64,000 bases of DNA from a virus (IMGVR_UViG_3300034019_000586:2723-66722); one strand, 5' to 3'; shown: positions 38,138 to 47,504, numbered from the stretch's first letter. The notes: a model not told the origin generated them from the letters alone. A program made the numbers and translations.

Positions 38138-38342
38138 TTGCTTTAATTTTTGACTTAATTAATTTATTCCTGTGCCTTACCATTTTTAAGTAAAGCCGTT
38201 GCAGTTCGTTAATCCTGTGGTGGTTTATTACCGAACCGTTTTTTTTTGATTCAGCGACTTCAATGGAAAGTTCTTTGAACAGTAGCCCGCAAAGAAATTC
38301 AGTATCTTCGGGCATTAGGTAAGTTAAGTGTGGGTTGGTCAT
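38124..38342 (-). CDS. Hypothetical protein
   Basis: 72-aa ORF in the early region. Confidence 0.5.
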   Translation of the reverse strand: MTNPHLTYLMPEDTEFLCGLLFKELSIEVAESKKNGSVINHHRINELQRLYLKMVRHRNKLIKSKIKANESI

Positions 38343-38802
38343 CGTCCTGTTTATTTGTTTGCACCTTCAAACCCCGTGTCGGGTTTCATTCCAATCACGG
38401 GGAGAAGGTTTAATCAAACCAACTTAACACAAAATTACACAGAATTTTTTAGCATTAAAATAAATACAGCAGCACAGATAATTAAGAATATATCTACCTC
38501 TGTGATGCTTATGGGGTTTATTCGTTTGTCTTTCATAGCTTCTAAATTAATTTAGTTCGTCCGTGTCCGTTTCTTCCAAATCAACAATTTCAGGTGATTC
38601 AGGGCAGTCCTCGAAATCTTCATCGTCAGGCCAAAATTTACCCCAGTCATAATCATGTCGGGAATGTTCGCCTGTTATCGTTCGTCGCTCTCCTGTTTGA
38701 TCTTCTGTATCAATAGTTCCGAAGAAGGTTTGATCTCCTGTGAACGCTCCCGAAATTCAGACAACTCGTTCAACGTGCTTGTGTGTGGTCATGTGGTGGG
38801 GG

Positions 38803-39027
38803 TTATTTGTTTATGAATTGTTCAAAGTCAAAATTAGCCGTTAGCTGTTCCATCATGTATCGCCCCAATATTTCAGGGTTAATGCTCAACCAATCTTCAA
38901 AAGTTAGAATGTCTTTTCGTGTTTCATACGTGGCAATAATTTCTTTACCGTAGTCGTGGTCTATTTTTTCTAAAACTTGCTCAACATTCCATTGAAACAA
39001 GTCCTCCTGTGTTATTACTTTGTTCAT
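38803..39027 (-). CDS. Hypothetical early protein
   Basis: 74 aa, tightly tiled with neighbours. Confidence 0.55.
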   Translation of the reverse strand: MNKVITQEDLFQWNVEQVLEKIDHDYGKEIIATYETRKDILTFEDWLSINPEILGRYMMEQLTANFDFEQFINK

Positions 39028-39037
39028 GTGTCGGGGT

Positions 39038-39250
39038 TTATTTGTTTGTAAATTTCAATGCTTTTCTAAAGCCTAATAAAAAATGGTTAGCTTCTGTGTA
39101 GTCCATAACGGGGCTAATTGTTGCAACACCTTTCTGAATAAAAAATCGCGCAACTGTTTTTCGTTTGTCATCCGATTGTTTTTGATGTACTTCTACACCA
39201 AGACCTTCTGCCATGTTTTTAAGTGCTTCGTGTTCTGTTATCGTGTTCAT
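39038..39250 (-). CDS. Hypothetical early protein
   Basis: 70 aa, tightly tiled with neighbours. Confidence 0.55.
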   Translation of the reverse strand: MNTITEHEALKNMAEGLGVEVHQKQSDDKRKTVARFFIQKGVATISPVMDYTEANHFLLGFRKALKFTNK

Positions 39251-39260
39251 GTGTCAAAAT

Positions 39261-39470
39261 TTATTTGTTTAAAATATTGTGCTGCTCTACAATGTCGCTA
39301 CCTTCATTGCAAACGATCAAAACTACTCCTCCTGCATAATCGGGAAAATAAGATTCGTTTGTTCCGTTGTGTCTTTGTATGTAGCTTTGGCAATACTCCA
39401 GCGATTCAGAAAAACCCTTTCTATTGCTGCTTTGGCTGTCGTGAAAAACTACGTCAAATGTTTTTTCCAT
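39261..39470 (-). CDS. Hypothetical early protein
   Basis: 69 aa, tightly tiled with neighbours. Confidence 0.55.
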   Translation of the reverse strand: MEKTFDVVFHDSQSSNRKGFSESLEYCQSYIQRHNGTNESYFPDYAGGVVLIVCNEGSDIVEQHNILNK

Positions 39471-39485
39471 GTTATTAAGATTTAT

Positions 39486-39707
39486 TTATTTGTTTGATTT
39501 AAAAAATGCTTTGATTTTGTCCGTGTAGGTTATGTCTTTGAACGGATTCCCATCCAGATCGAAACCGTATAACTGCATAACGTGGCAAATGTCTGCATCG
39601 GTTCGCTCCGTGTGCTGAACTGCTTGTTTTGCCGCCATGTAATTTATATGGCTGAATATGCTGACCGCTATCCAGGCGGCTGCAATGATGGTTAGAATTG
39701 ATTTCAT
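39486..39707 (-). CDS. Small protein with N-terminal signal/TM segment
   Basis: Hydrophobic N-terminus MKSILTIIAAAWIAVSIFS. Confidence 0.5.
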   Translation of the reverse strand: MKSILTIIAAAWIAVSIFSHINYMAAKQAVQHTERTDADICHVMQLYGFDLDGNPFKDITYTDKIKAFFKSNK

Positions 39708-39730
39708 GTTGTTTGTGTTATTTGTTAGAA

Positions 39731-40129
39731 TTAATTCAGAGCCTTGTGCATATTTACTGAACGTGGCAAGTTGTGTTCTTTGGCCTTCATTTTCATAAAT
39801 TCATCATTGGTCACAACTTCAAATGAGTAGCCAGACAGTGAGATATAAGTGTCGCCATTTCTACCAACAATATTTCTTCCGTTTCCAGCTCTACCAACTC
39901 CGTTATCAGCATGAAAATAGATTGTTGAATTGTTTGTTTCAAAAGAGTATTGCCAACTTCCTTCGCCCGAATCTGCAAGCATCTTCGCTTCTCTAAAAAG
40001 AAGTTTTTTTGCTGCTGCCAAAGTCAAATTTTCAAAAACTCTTCCTATTTCAAAGTAAGATGTTCCGTTGTCGATCTGTTGTGAGGTGCCAGTATGTGAC
40101 TTCTCTACTACGGTGAATGTGTTGTTCAT
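39731..40129 (-). CDS. Hypothetical early protein
   Basis: 132-aa ORF. Confidence 0.55.
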   Translation of the reverse strand: MNNTFTVVEKSHTGTSQQIDNGTSYFEIGRVFENLTLAAAKKLLFREAKMLADSGEGSWQYSFETNNSTIYFHADNGVGRAGNGRNIVGRNGDTYISLSGYSFEVVTNDEFMKMKAKEHNLPRSVNMHKALN

Positions 40130-40160
40130 GTTGTTGTTGTTTTAAAATTGTTTGATTAAA

Positions 40161-40346
40161 TTAATGATTTCGTTTACACTTCATATACTTGCCGCGTTCA
40201 TTGTTTCGTTTATAGGTCGCGTTTCGCTTCTGGTGGGCTTTGTAATTGTAACCGCTTTTGGCTTTTTTAGGCTTAGGCCCGTCGAATGATGCAGAAGCAT
40301 TGAAGCACAGCGAGAAGGCAAGGATGATAAGAAGTAGATTTTTCAT
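40161..40346 (-). CDS. Small secreted basic peptide
   Basis: MKNLLLIILAFSLCFNASA signal peptide followed by a Lys/Arg-rich tail (internal ATG of ORF 40161..40385). Confidence 0.5.
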   Translation of the reverse strand: MKNLLLIILAFSLCFNASASFDGPKPKKAKSGYNYKAHQKRNATYKRNNERGKYMKCKRNH

Positions 40347-40444
40347 GTTATTGAATTTGATTAATTTATAAATTGATTTTTGCACCCCGAAACCCCGCTA
40401 AACCTGTCACAGTTAATAGCGGGGCGGGAGGGAGTTATTGAGGC

Positions 40445-40648
40445 CTAAACAATTATTTCAGCCCTTTCAACTTCTGCCATGAGATCAAACGGGCCACAAC
40501 CAACGTTAAACACTTTTCCCGCAGCGAAATATTCCAGCATTTCTTCGTCTGTCAAATTCGCCGCCATGTTTACGGCTTGGCAAAAAGGGCCGTTATCCTT
40601 GCCTCCATTTTTATAGTAAACGCATATTTCGCGCAATTGTGTTTTCAT
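40445..40648 (-). CDS. Hypothetical early protein
   Basis: 67-aa ORF. Confidence 0.55.
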   Translation of the reverse strand: MKTQLREICVYYKNGGKDNGPFCQAVNMAANLTDEEMLEYFAAGKVFNVGCGPFDLMAEVERAEIIV

Positions 40649-40675
40649 TTTCTTGTGTGTTATGGGTTATGCTGA

Positions 40676-41713
40676 TTATTTCGACTCGTTAAACTGTCTG
40701 ATGTCCGCAAGAAGTTTTACCGCGCTTACTTGTCCTACGTTATCTGCCGCCCATCCTGAATGATATTTAGTTGGCAGGGGCTGAACCGTTTTTATGTAGT
40801 AACATTTGCGCGTTCCCTGACCAAAAGCGGAAACAAATTTCACCACGTCGATATTGAAACGATCTTTAAAATACTTCTTAACCTCTTTTTTGCTCAGTTC
40901 GTTTTTTACGTCCGTATGTGTTATTTGGCCCGATTCAGTACGTTGAATAGTTAATTCATTCAAAGCATCTTGAAAAAATTCCAACTTTTCAAAGGCGGTT
41001 TCATAGTAATTCATACGAGCCATTAACCAGACTTTAAACTCTTGGTTTTGCGCGTCAATGTTTTCAAGTTCGGAGGCATACCGCACAACGAATTTATCAA
41101 ACATTCGCACCGCTTTTTCACCTTCCTTTACTCGATTAATTAAGTATGATTCGTTTTTCAATTCCGATTCAGAAGCTGAGCGGCGCAACTCTTCTGCGCG
41201 TTGTTTGTGTGCTTCAGCTTTTTGAAGTGATTCAAACCCGCGTTCATATCTGTTATACACTTTTTCGCGTTGACGACTAAATGCGCGGCCACCGCTTGTA
41301 TTTACGTTGGGTTGAGTTAGCCAGCTCCAATCTTGGCGCAGTTTGTTAAATTCAGACTGTAAACTTTTCGCCTCTTGTTCACGGCTTGCGGCGTAATTGT
41401 CGTACCTGTCCGCCTTGTGTTCGGCGCGTTCTATTTTCTGTTCACGGGCTTCTGTGTATTCTTTACGCTCCTGTGCTTCTCTAAATTCAATACCGTATTC
41501 CTTAACCCTGTAAGGGATGCCGCAATCCTTTGAACGGCTAACCCATGCGCCACGCTGACGCCCCCAGATAAACGCGCTTTTTATGTCGGCCTTAACTGAT
41601 TCAGGGAGTGACGAGTATGCGTCCCTGCCGTCTAAATGCAGCTCAATTTTATTGTCTGAATTTAGGATAAAAAAGGCATTTTGCAGCCCCTTGATTGTTT
41701 CTACTGTGTTCAT
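40676..41713 (-). CDS. DUF3560-like domain protein
   Basis: ERAEHKADRYDNYAASR...QPNVNTSGGRAFSRQREK...KAEAHKQRA pattern, seen in early/leading-region proteins of mobile elements. Confidence 0.65.
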   Translation of the reverse strand: MNTVETIKGLQNAFFILNSDNKIELHLDGRDAYSSLPESVKADIKSAFIWGRQRGAWVSRSKDCGIPYRVKEYGIEFREAQERKEYTEAREQKIERAEHKADRYDNYAASREQEAKSLQSEFNKLRQDWSWLTQPNVNTSGGRAFSRQREKVYNRYERGFESLQKAEAHKQRAEELRRSASESELKNESYLINRVKEGEKAVRMFDKFVVRYASELENIDAQNQEFKVWLMARMNYYETAFEKLEFFQDALNELTIQRTESGQITHTDVKNELSKKEVKKYFKDRFNIDVVKFVSAFGQGTRKCYYIKTVQPLPTKYHSGWAADNVGQVSAVKLLADIRQFNESK

Positions 41714-41756
41714 TGTCTTATGTATTTAAGTTGTTATTGATTGATTACTGAGTGAA

Positions 41757-41971
41757 TTAAAATTCGTCTTGCAAAAACTGGTTAGCCATTCTTAATGCAA
41801 CTTGTTCAGAATTTATCTCGGTTTTTTGTTTGTAGTTTTCGTTCAAAACCCAGTTACCGAATAAATCTAACGTAAGAACTAACAGAAAATATTCGTGCCC
41901 TTTTTTTGTTGGGTTTTTTTGACGATAAATATGAACTTTTCTGCGTTTATTTTCAATTTTTTTGTGTAGCA
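41757..41971 (-). CDS. Hypothetical protein, first gene of the leftward operon (start approximate)
   Basis: MLHKKIENKRRKVHIY..., downstream of the promoter box at 42012-42019. Confidence 0.45.
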
Positions 41972-42011
41972 TTTTTTTTGTTTTTTTAAGTGTTGTTATT
42001 GATTGACAGGG

Positions 42012-42042
42012 CAAATATACGCACCTTACCACAATTGTCAAG
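42012..42042 (-). promoter_or_regulatory. Leftward early promoter
   Basis: TATATTTG (-7) on the - strand with CTTG 19 nt upstream; heads the 20-kb leftward block. Confidence 0.6.
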
Positions 42043-43234
42043 TATTTTCTATAAATTTTTTTGTTAAAATTTATATTGCGCTGTGAATTAATTAGTTACT
42101 AATGAATAAAATTTAAGATTTAACATTTAAACCGTGAAATAATGAGCGGAAAAATGGATTTAGAGAATGACTTATAGAGTATCTGACTAACAAAATTTAG
42201 AGGGTAGGAATAAGTGAAAAGACAACACGCTGCACTGGTGCGCGGAGCGCAAAAAAAAAACTATCTGAACTCGTTTAGATAAAATTCATACAAATCAAAC
42301 GATCAAAAGTCCGCACGCGCGAAAGATAAACCGAAATAAAGACCACAGAACGCATTGAAACAAATTCAGGGTGTAAACTATCATCAGATGAGATAAACTT
42401 AATTTAAAGACCATAGAAACTCTAATACAACAAACAACAACCCACCGCACCGGCACGGGCGTAGCCCGTAACAAACAACCCCAAAAAAAAACAACCTCAA
42501 AACAATTTTAACCAAAAATTCAATCAATTCGCTAAAATTCAACAACTTACACAGGCTAACAGGATAATTGATAAAGGGAAAAATGAGGCGTTCCAAACCC
42601 TTTCTCCTCATTATCAGCTCTTTACGTTTATTATCTGAACTTGTTGTTTAACCATATTGTGTTAACTTGCTGAATTGTAACGGATTGGTAAAAGTTAGTG
42701 AACCGTCGAAGCCTGTGTAGTTGTTGTGTTGCGTTGGTTTATTATTGGATTTCAGACGAAGCAGTGGTGCGAAATGTTCCCGATTGGAGACAGTTTTTTA
42801 TGGGTTTTTTTTTGGTTATGTTTTATGGTTATCAGTTAGTTAAGGTTTGGGGTTATTATTGGATTCTTATGGCGTGTATATTGGTGGTGGTGGTGGTTGC
42901 TCCGCTTCGGTGGTTGGCTCAGTTGCGTGCATTGGTTTACGTTGTATGTGTTAAGTTATTGTTTATCATTACATTACCTTGCCTTACTTCAATCATTGGT
43001 CCACTTCGATTGTTGGCTATACTCTACTCAATACACTGTTATTCAATTAATTATATTCTTTAACCTGAACAAAAGGATTAAAATACAGGGTTAATACATT
43101 AAAAATTAATTAGATAGGCTGAGAAAACAAGCCCACCCCATTCGCAAAAACGGGTTCGGGGAATGATGCAGGGGCGGTGGGTGATAGGGGGTGACCCCAT
43201 CCCTTTGTGGTTATTGGATTATCTGATTTCGGGT

Positions 43235-43353
43235 TGTATAGTGGTTGTGCTATACGTTTCTGTATAGTGCTATACGTTTTGTAGGTAATTTGTTGGTATT
43301 TGTATAGCACCTGTATAGTGGTGTGTATAGTGGTGTATAGTACTTTTGTATAG
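43235..43353. repeat. TGTATAG repeat cluster (operator/iteron-like)
   Basis: Seven TGTATAG (43235, 43261, 43301, 43312, 43324, 43334, 43347) plus two inverted CTATAC (43250, 43270). Confidence 0.75.
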
Positions 43354-43396
43354 CAGATGGTAATGTTGCTGTTTGTGTAAAAATAAGATTAATGTT

Positions 43397-43864
43397 ATGG
43401 CACAGGTAAATTTCAGGGTTGATGATTCATTTTTGGTTGAGGTTAAGGGTTATGCTGATTTGAGGAAGATTAGTTCTTCGGATGTTTTCAGGGATGGAGC
43501 GAGGTTGTTGATGGATGGTGGAGTTGGTGATGGTATAAGTGATGGTATAAGTGAGGGAGTAAAGTTGCCTACGGTGGTTGAGTCGGTGGTTAAACCGAGG
43601 GTTGGTGTAAATCCATTGGTTGAGGAGTTGCGTGCGAAGATGGGAGGTATGTTGATTAGGGCGAGTGAGTTGGGTGATGTTGGGATTGTGAATAAGCCAT
43701 TTGGGGATGTTGGTTCTTCGGTTGTTGGCTCGTCGGAGTTTATTGGTGAGAAGGGTGTTTTGCTTGAACGGTTTAAGGGGTTGTTGCGAGTGAGTGCCGA
43801 TGGTGGGTTAAAGGAGATTAAGGCGTTGTTATCAGGATTGGAGGACAGGATAGATAGTTTGTAA
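43397..43864 (+). CDS. Ribbon-helix-helix DNA-binding protein
   Basis: N-terminal RHH pattern MAQVNFRVDDSFLVEVKGYADLRKISSSDVFRDGARLLM. Confidence 0.6.
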   Translation: MAQVNFRVDDSFLVEVKGYADLRKISSSDVFRDGARLLMDGGVGDGISDGISEGVKLPTVVESVVKPRVGVNPLVEELRAKMGGMLIRASELGDVGIVNKPFGDVGSSVVGSSEFIGEKGVLLERFKGLLRVSADGGLKEIKALLSGLEDRIDSL

Positions 43865-43877
43865 ATAAATAAATGAA

Positions 43878-44081
43878 ATGAAAGCGATCTTAGAATTTGA
43901 TTTACCAGAGGATCAGGATTTGTTGAAATGGTCGATGAGGGGTTCGGAGTATCATTCGGCTTTGCTTGCTATTAAGGAAAATTTACGGAGGCGGGTTAAA
44001 GATTCTCCGAGGAGAAACCGGGAGTTGATGGATGCCTATGAATTTGTTTGCGAACTTACTTCGGAGGTTGGGGTTGACTAA
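43878..44081 (+). CDS. Conserved small phage protein
   Basis: MKAILEFDLPED N-terminus, common in phages. Confidence 0.6.
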   Translation: MKAILEFDLPEDQDLLKWSMRGSEYHSALLAIKENLRRRVKDSPRRNRELMDAYEFVCELTSEVGVD

Positions 44082-44205
44082 TAGCTAAATTGCTTATAGA
44101 TTGGTTTTTAAGCCAATTCGCTTATTGTCTTAAAGTTAATTTATTTCTGTATAAATTTTGCTAATTGGTTGGAGTTCTTATTTTTGTCAAAACAAAACAC
44201 TTAAT

Positions 44206-44499
44206 ATGGCTGCACCGAGAAAAAAACCTGTTGGGATTGAATTACTTCCTGAGGATATACAGTTTGATGTATTGGTACATGGGAAGGATAAGCCTGAGTT
44301 TTTAATTCATTTTGTGTGGGCGCATAACATTTACAGAATATCGGAGAGTATTGAGCATCGCAATATGGCCTGTGTTTGGGTGACTGGTGAAAATCCTGAA
44401 TTTCCTCTTATTGTAAACTGTAATGTAGTCGACTTGTATCAGATATGGGTTGAGGTTAGAAAGAACATTTATCAAAACCAAATAACGTTAAACCAATGA
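44206..44499 (+). CDS. Hypothetical protein
   Basis: MAAPRKKP start, downstream of a TATTTTTG box at 44179-44186. Confidence 0.5.
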   Translation: MAAPRKKPVGIELLPEDIQFDVLVHGKDKPEFLIHFVWAHNIYRISESIEHRNMACVWVTGENPEFPLIVNCNVVDLYQIWVEVRKNIYQNQITLNQ

Positions 44500-45473
44500 A
44501 ACCAATTGATGTCTGCGCTACGTATAGGCGAAAGTTTCCAAACACTCCGACGCTTACGTTGGCTAAAAAGATTTGCAAAGAAAATCCCGCGCTGTATGTG
44601 AATGTTGAGAGTTGCAGAACCGCACTTCGTGGTTTAGAAGGAAAAGGAAGCACTGTAAGGGCTGAATTAATTAAAGAGTTTAAACGCGAGGCGCGGCCAC
44701 ACAACCCGTTCGAGGACATTCCTAAATCAAGTGCAAAAGATCGCAACCACGTCACGGTAGAAGGAAATAGAATCCTGTTTTTAACCGACATTCACTTCCC
44801 ATACCACAACGAAAAAGCATTAAACATTGCGCTGAATTACGGAAAAGATCATGATGCAGATTGTATCTATCTCAATGGCGATATCATAGACTGCTATCAG
44901 TTGTCATCGTTTGAGAAAGACCCCAAGAAAAGAAGGTTCAGCCAAGAACTTGCACAAGTCCACAAGTTTTTTGAGATACTTCGCAGGGAATTTCCAAAAG
45001 CAAATATCTACTTCAAAGAAGGAAACCACGAGGAGAGGTATTGGAGGTTTATGCGAATCAAAGCCCCTGAATTACTTGACATCGAAGCGTTCACTCTTTC
45101 ATCACTACTAAACTTGCCAAAATTTAATATTCAATACATAAGCGGAAGAACAAAAGCAAACATAGCTAAGCTATCAGCGTTTCACGGTCACGAATTTGGA
45201 TCATCTACCTTTTCCCCTGTCAACGTCGCCCGTGGCCTTTACATGAGGGCAAAGGCGACATCTATCTGCGGACACAGCCATCAGACATCAGAACACACAG
45301 AACGCGACGTTAATGACAAAATGATTACGACATGGAGCGTGGGGTGCTTGTCTGAATTGTCCCCTGATTACGCGCCCTATAACAAGTGGAATCACGGTTT
45401 TGCGTTTATTGTTCGCGAAGGCTCTGACTTCCACGTTAAGAACATGAGAATTTACAAAGGACGAATTGTTTAA
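44496..45473 (+). CDS. Calcineurin-like metallophosphoesterase
   Basis: DIHFP, GDIID, GNHE, HGH and GHSH motifs. Confidence 0.9.
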   Translation: MKPIDVCATYRRKFPNTPTLTLAKKICKENPALYVNVESCRTALRGLEGKGSTVRAELIKEFKREARPHNPFEDIPKSSAKDRNHVTVEGNRILFLTDIHFPYHNEKALNIALNYGKDHDADCIYLNGDIIDCYQLSSFEKDPKKRRFSQELAQVHKFFEILRREFPKANIYFKEGNHEERYWRFMRIKAPELLDIEAFTLSSLLNLPKFNIQYISGRTKANIAKLSAFHGHEFGSSTFSPVNVARGLYMRAKATSICGHSHQTSEHTERDVNDKMITTWSVGCLSELSPDYAPYNKWNHGFAFIVREGSDFHVKNMRIYKGRIV

Positions 45474-45528
45474 TATAGATTTTCATTTATGTTTGTATCC
45501 TAAATTCACCCAATAAAAAATTAAAAAA

Positions 45529-45912
45529 ATGGCAGAAACAATTGTAAATTTTGGAACAGGCGTAGGAACATTGAAGTCCCGCGCATTTTTTTTGACTCCC
45601 GTAGATGGAACAGGAGCAGAAGCACCTTTTGAAGCAGGAACAGCGGTTTTGAACATTCTCACACCGGGTACTGTAAACGGTATTATTGAATCAGTTGAAA
45701 ACAACACAATAAAAGTTGTTTTTGAAAAAGGCGATCTTGGAGGTCTTCCTGCATCAACTACTGAAATCGAAGTAACTGCTGACGCAGATCAGACAAGCGG
45801 GATAAAGACTATCAGTCAGAAGTTTATTCTGAATCACGTCGCTGCTGAGGCCGTTGGTTTCGGTGTTAAAGAAGGTGAGTCAACTTTTGAAGAAGAAGTA
45901 CCTGCTGTTTAA
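45529..45912 (+). CDS. Acidic beta-rich (Ig-like?) protein
   Basis: 127 aa, Thr/Val/Gly-rich, with AEAVGF near the C-terminus. Confidence 0.5.
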   Translation: MAETIVNFGTGVGTLKSRAFFLTPVDGTGAEAPFEAGTAVLNILTPGTVNGIIESVENNTIKVVFEKGDLGGLPASTTEIEVTADADQTSGIKTISQKFILNHVAAEAVGFGVKEGESTFEEEVPAV

Positions 45913-45920
45913 TTCATTGA

Positions 45921-46292
45921 TTGATGAATAACAGAACATCTAAAATCCCACCACGAACATCGCCCGTAAGAGGAGAAATATATCTCTACTTACGTGGTGG
46001 TTACGTGATTAAGATTTCAAGGGAGTTTACTATGCCTGTTGGGGTAATAGTTGACCTTGAATTAAGTGAGGCCGAATCGGTTGTTAAGTCCGATTGGTAT
46101 TTCAACAACGATGAGGTTTTAGATTTTCGGGTATCTGAAAACGGTAAAAAGGTTTCGATAAAGTCATTAAGTCTTGGAGAATGTAAGGTTTTGATACGCT
46201 CAATTAATTTAGAGCTTATTATTACTGTAACGGGTTCTGAGGCTGTTGGATTTGAAATTAACTCAGACCCATTAGATGATAGGTTTGAGTAG
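45921..46292 (+). CDS. Beta-rich (Ig-like?) protein
   Basis: 123 aa; WYFNNDEVL...V...SLGECKV resembles Big_2-type folds; SEAVGF near the C-terminus. Confidence 0.45.
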   Translation: MMNNRTSKIPPRTSPVRGEIYLYLRGGYVIKISREFTMPVGVIVDLELSEAESVVKSDWYFNNDEVLDFRVSENGKKVSIKSLSLGECKVLIRSINLELIITVTGSEAVGFEINSDPLDDRFE

Positions 46293-46319
46293 TCTTGGTT
46301 TTAAGGTTTATTGTTATTG

Positions 46320-46354
46320 AAAAACCCGCAGGAAACGTCTTACGGGTTTTTTTT
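46320..46354. terminator. Bidirectional intrinsic terminator
   Basis: AAAAACCCGCAGGA-AACG-TCTTACGGGTTTTTTTT between converging genes. Confidence 0.75.
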
Positions 46355-46363
46355 ATGAATTAA

Positions 46364-46681
46364 TCACCAATGATTTGTGATAAAAAAGTCGTAAAGCTGC
46401 TTTTCAGATTTTATTTTCTTGGTTTCTCCATTTGGCATCGTGGCTTCAAGTCCTTTTTTGCCAAAGTCGTTTTCAAAGACGTACCATGCAATCCAATTTT
46501 CTCTATCCCCGACCGATTCTTCAAGTAATTTGATGTAATCGTCTATAAATTTATTCCCGAACTCACAAACACTTGTACCGCTTGGGGAAATAATTTTTAA
46601 AGCCGCATCAAGTTTATCCTGTTCTTCCATGAACTTTTTCAAAGCCTGAATTGCGTCGTAGAATTTTTCGTATTTCAGCAT
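46364..46681 (-). CDS. Hypothetical phage protein
   Basis: 105 aa, containing NWIAWYVFENDFG...QLYDF. Confidence 0.6.
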   Translation of the reverse strand: MLKYEKFYDAIQALKKFMEEQDKLDAALKIISPSGTSVCEFGNKFIDDYIKLLEESVGDRENWIAWYVFENDFGKKGLEATMPNGETKKIKSEKQLYDFFITNHW

Positions 46682-47100
46682 TTTTTTTTAATTTTTATGT
46701 TTAATCTATTTGTAATATTTATTCTTTTTAGACAAATGAGTTGTGGGTTGTGGTCACAGCTTTCCCATCCTCGCTTGTTAAACGAGGTGAGCGGAAAACA
46801 ATCCTTTTTAGCGCAAATTGAGCGTTGGGAGTGTTCACGCGAAACGTATGCAGCCGTTCGCTTAAGGGCTTCTTTGAAGTCTTTTCTCTGCCTCGACCTC
46901 TGACTTGCGACATCCCTTTTGCCTATCGCCATAGCTTCGTCAATCCAACAGTGCTATGTTATTTGCTCTCTACTGCTGCCGTTAACCAAACCAGCCTCAC
47001 CTGTCTTACGTGACAGTTTATTGTTAGAGTAGCTTTATTTGTTATCTGAAAAATTATCCGTGTTCTAAGTGCTCAGAGAATGCGCGGAAATTTTACCCAA

Positions 47101-47228
47101 CAAAAAAGCCACTTGTTGCGGGCAAGTGGCTTAATTGATTATCGTGTAGGAGAAGTGTTTTAACTCTCCTCCACTTATTCATGCCCGCAACATCAATAAG
47201 TGGTGGTTAATTAACCATACGAAGGTAC
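47101..47228 (-). ncRNA. Candidate structured RNA/leader with kissing loops
   Basis: Three hairpins, two with exactly complementary 7-nt loops. On the - strand a U-tract follows the last hairpin and a TACCTTCG promoter-like box lies upstream. Confidence 0.45.
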
Positions 47229-47471
47229 ATTACAAAGAACACCTTCCGTTGAAGGATCGCAGCAAAAGTAAAACACCCGAAAGTGAAAATCCAAATTTAT
47301 TTTGAATTATTTTTATAAAACCAAACGGCCACCCGTTAGAATGGCCGCTGGACAAATAAATAAAACAAAACCTGTGTGAGCCTAAAAACAGAAAAAAGAA
47401 CTCACCGCTACATAGAACAAGGCAAAGGTAAATCTTCAATTTTCGTGAATGTGAAAAAATCTTTGAATTAA

Positions 47472-47504
47472 TTTGTTTTGTATTAAAATAAATTTATATC
47501 TTTG
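47472..47504 (+). promoter_or_regulatory. Bacteroidota promoter
   Basis: TTTG (47472-47475), 21 nt, TATCTTTG (47497-47504). Confidence 0.65.

Noticed and set aside
38547-38792. ORF MTTHKHVERVV*ISGAFTG...DELN with one in-frame TGA (38757-38759)
   Set aside because: An isolated case; a pseudogene, sequencing error or alternative short frames explain it equally well, so it is not evidence for readthrough.
42399-43310. ORFs 42399..42611, 42698..43063, 42897..43094 and 43110..43310
   Set aside because: Low-complexity, skew-driven translations with weak starts in the divergent control region; likely spurious.
46675-47013. Several overlapping short ORFs on both strands
   Set aside because: They conflict with one another and show no protein-like signature; a real gene cannot be chosen from the sequence alone.
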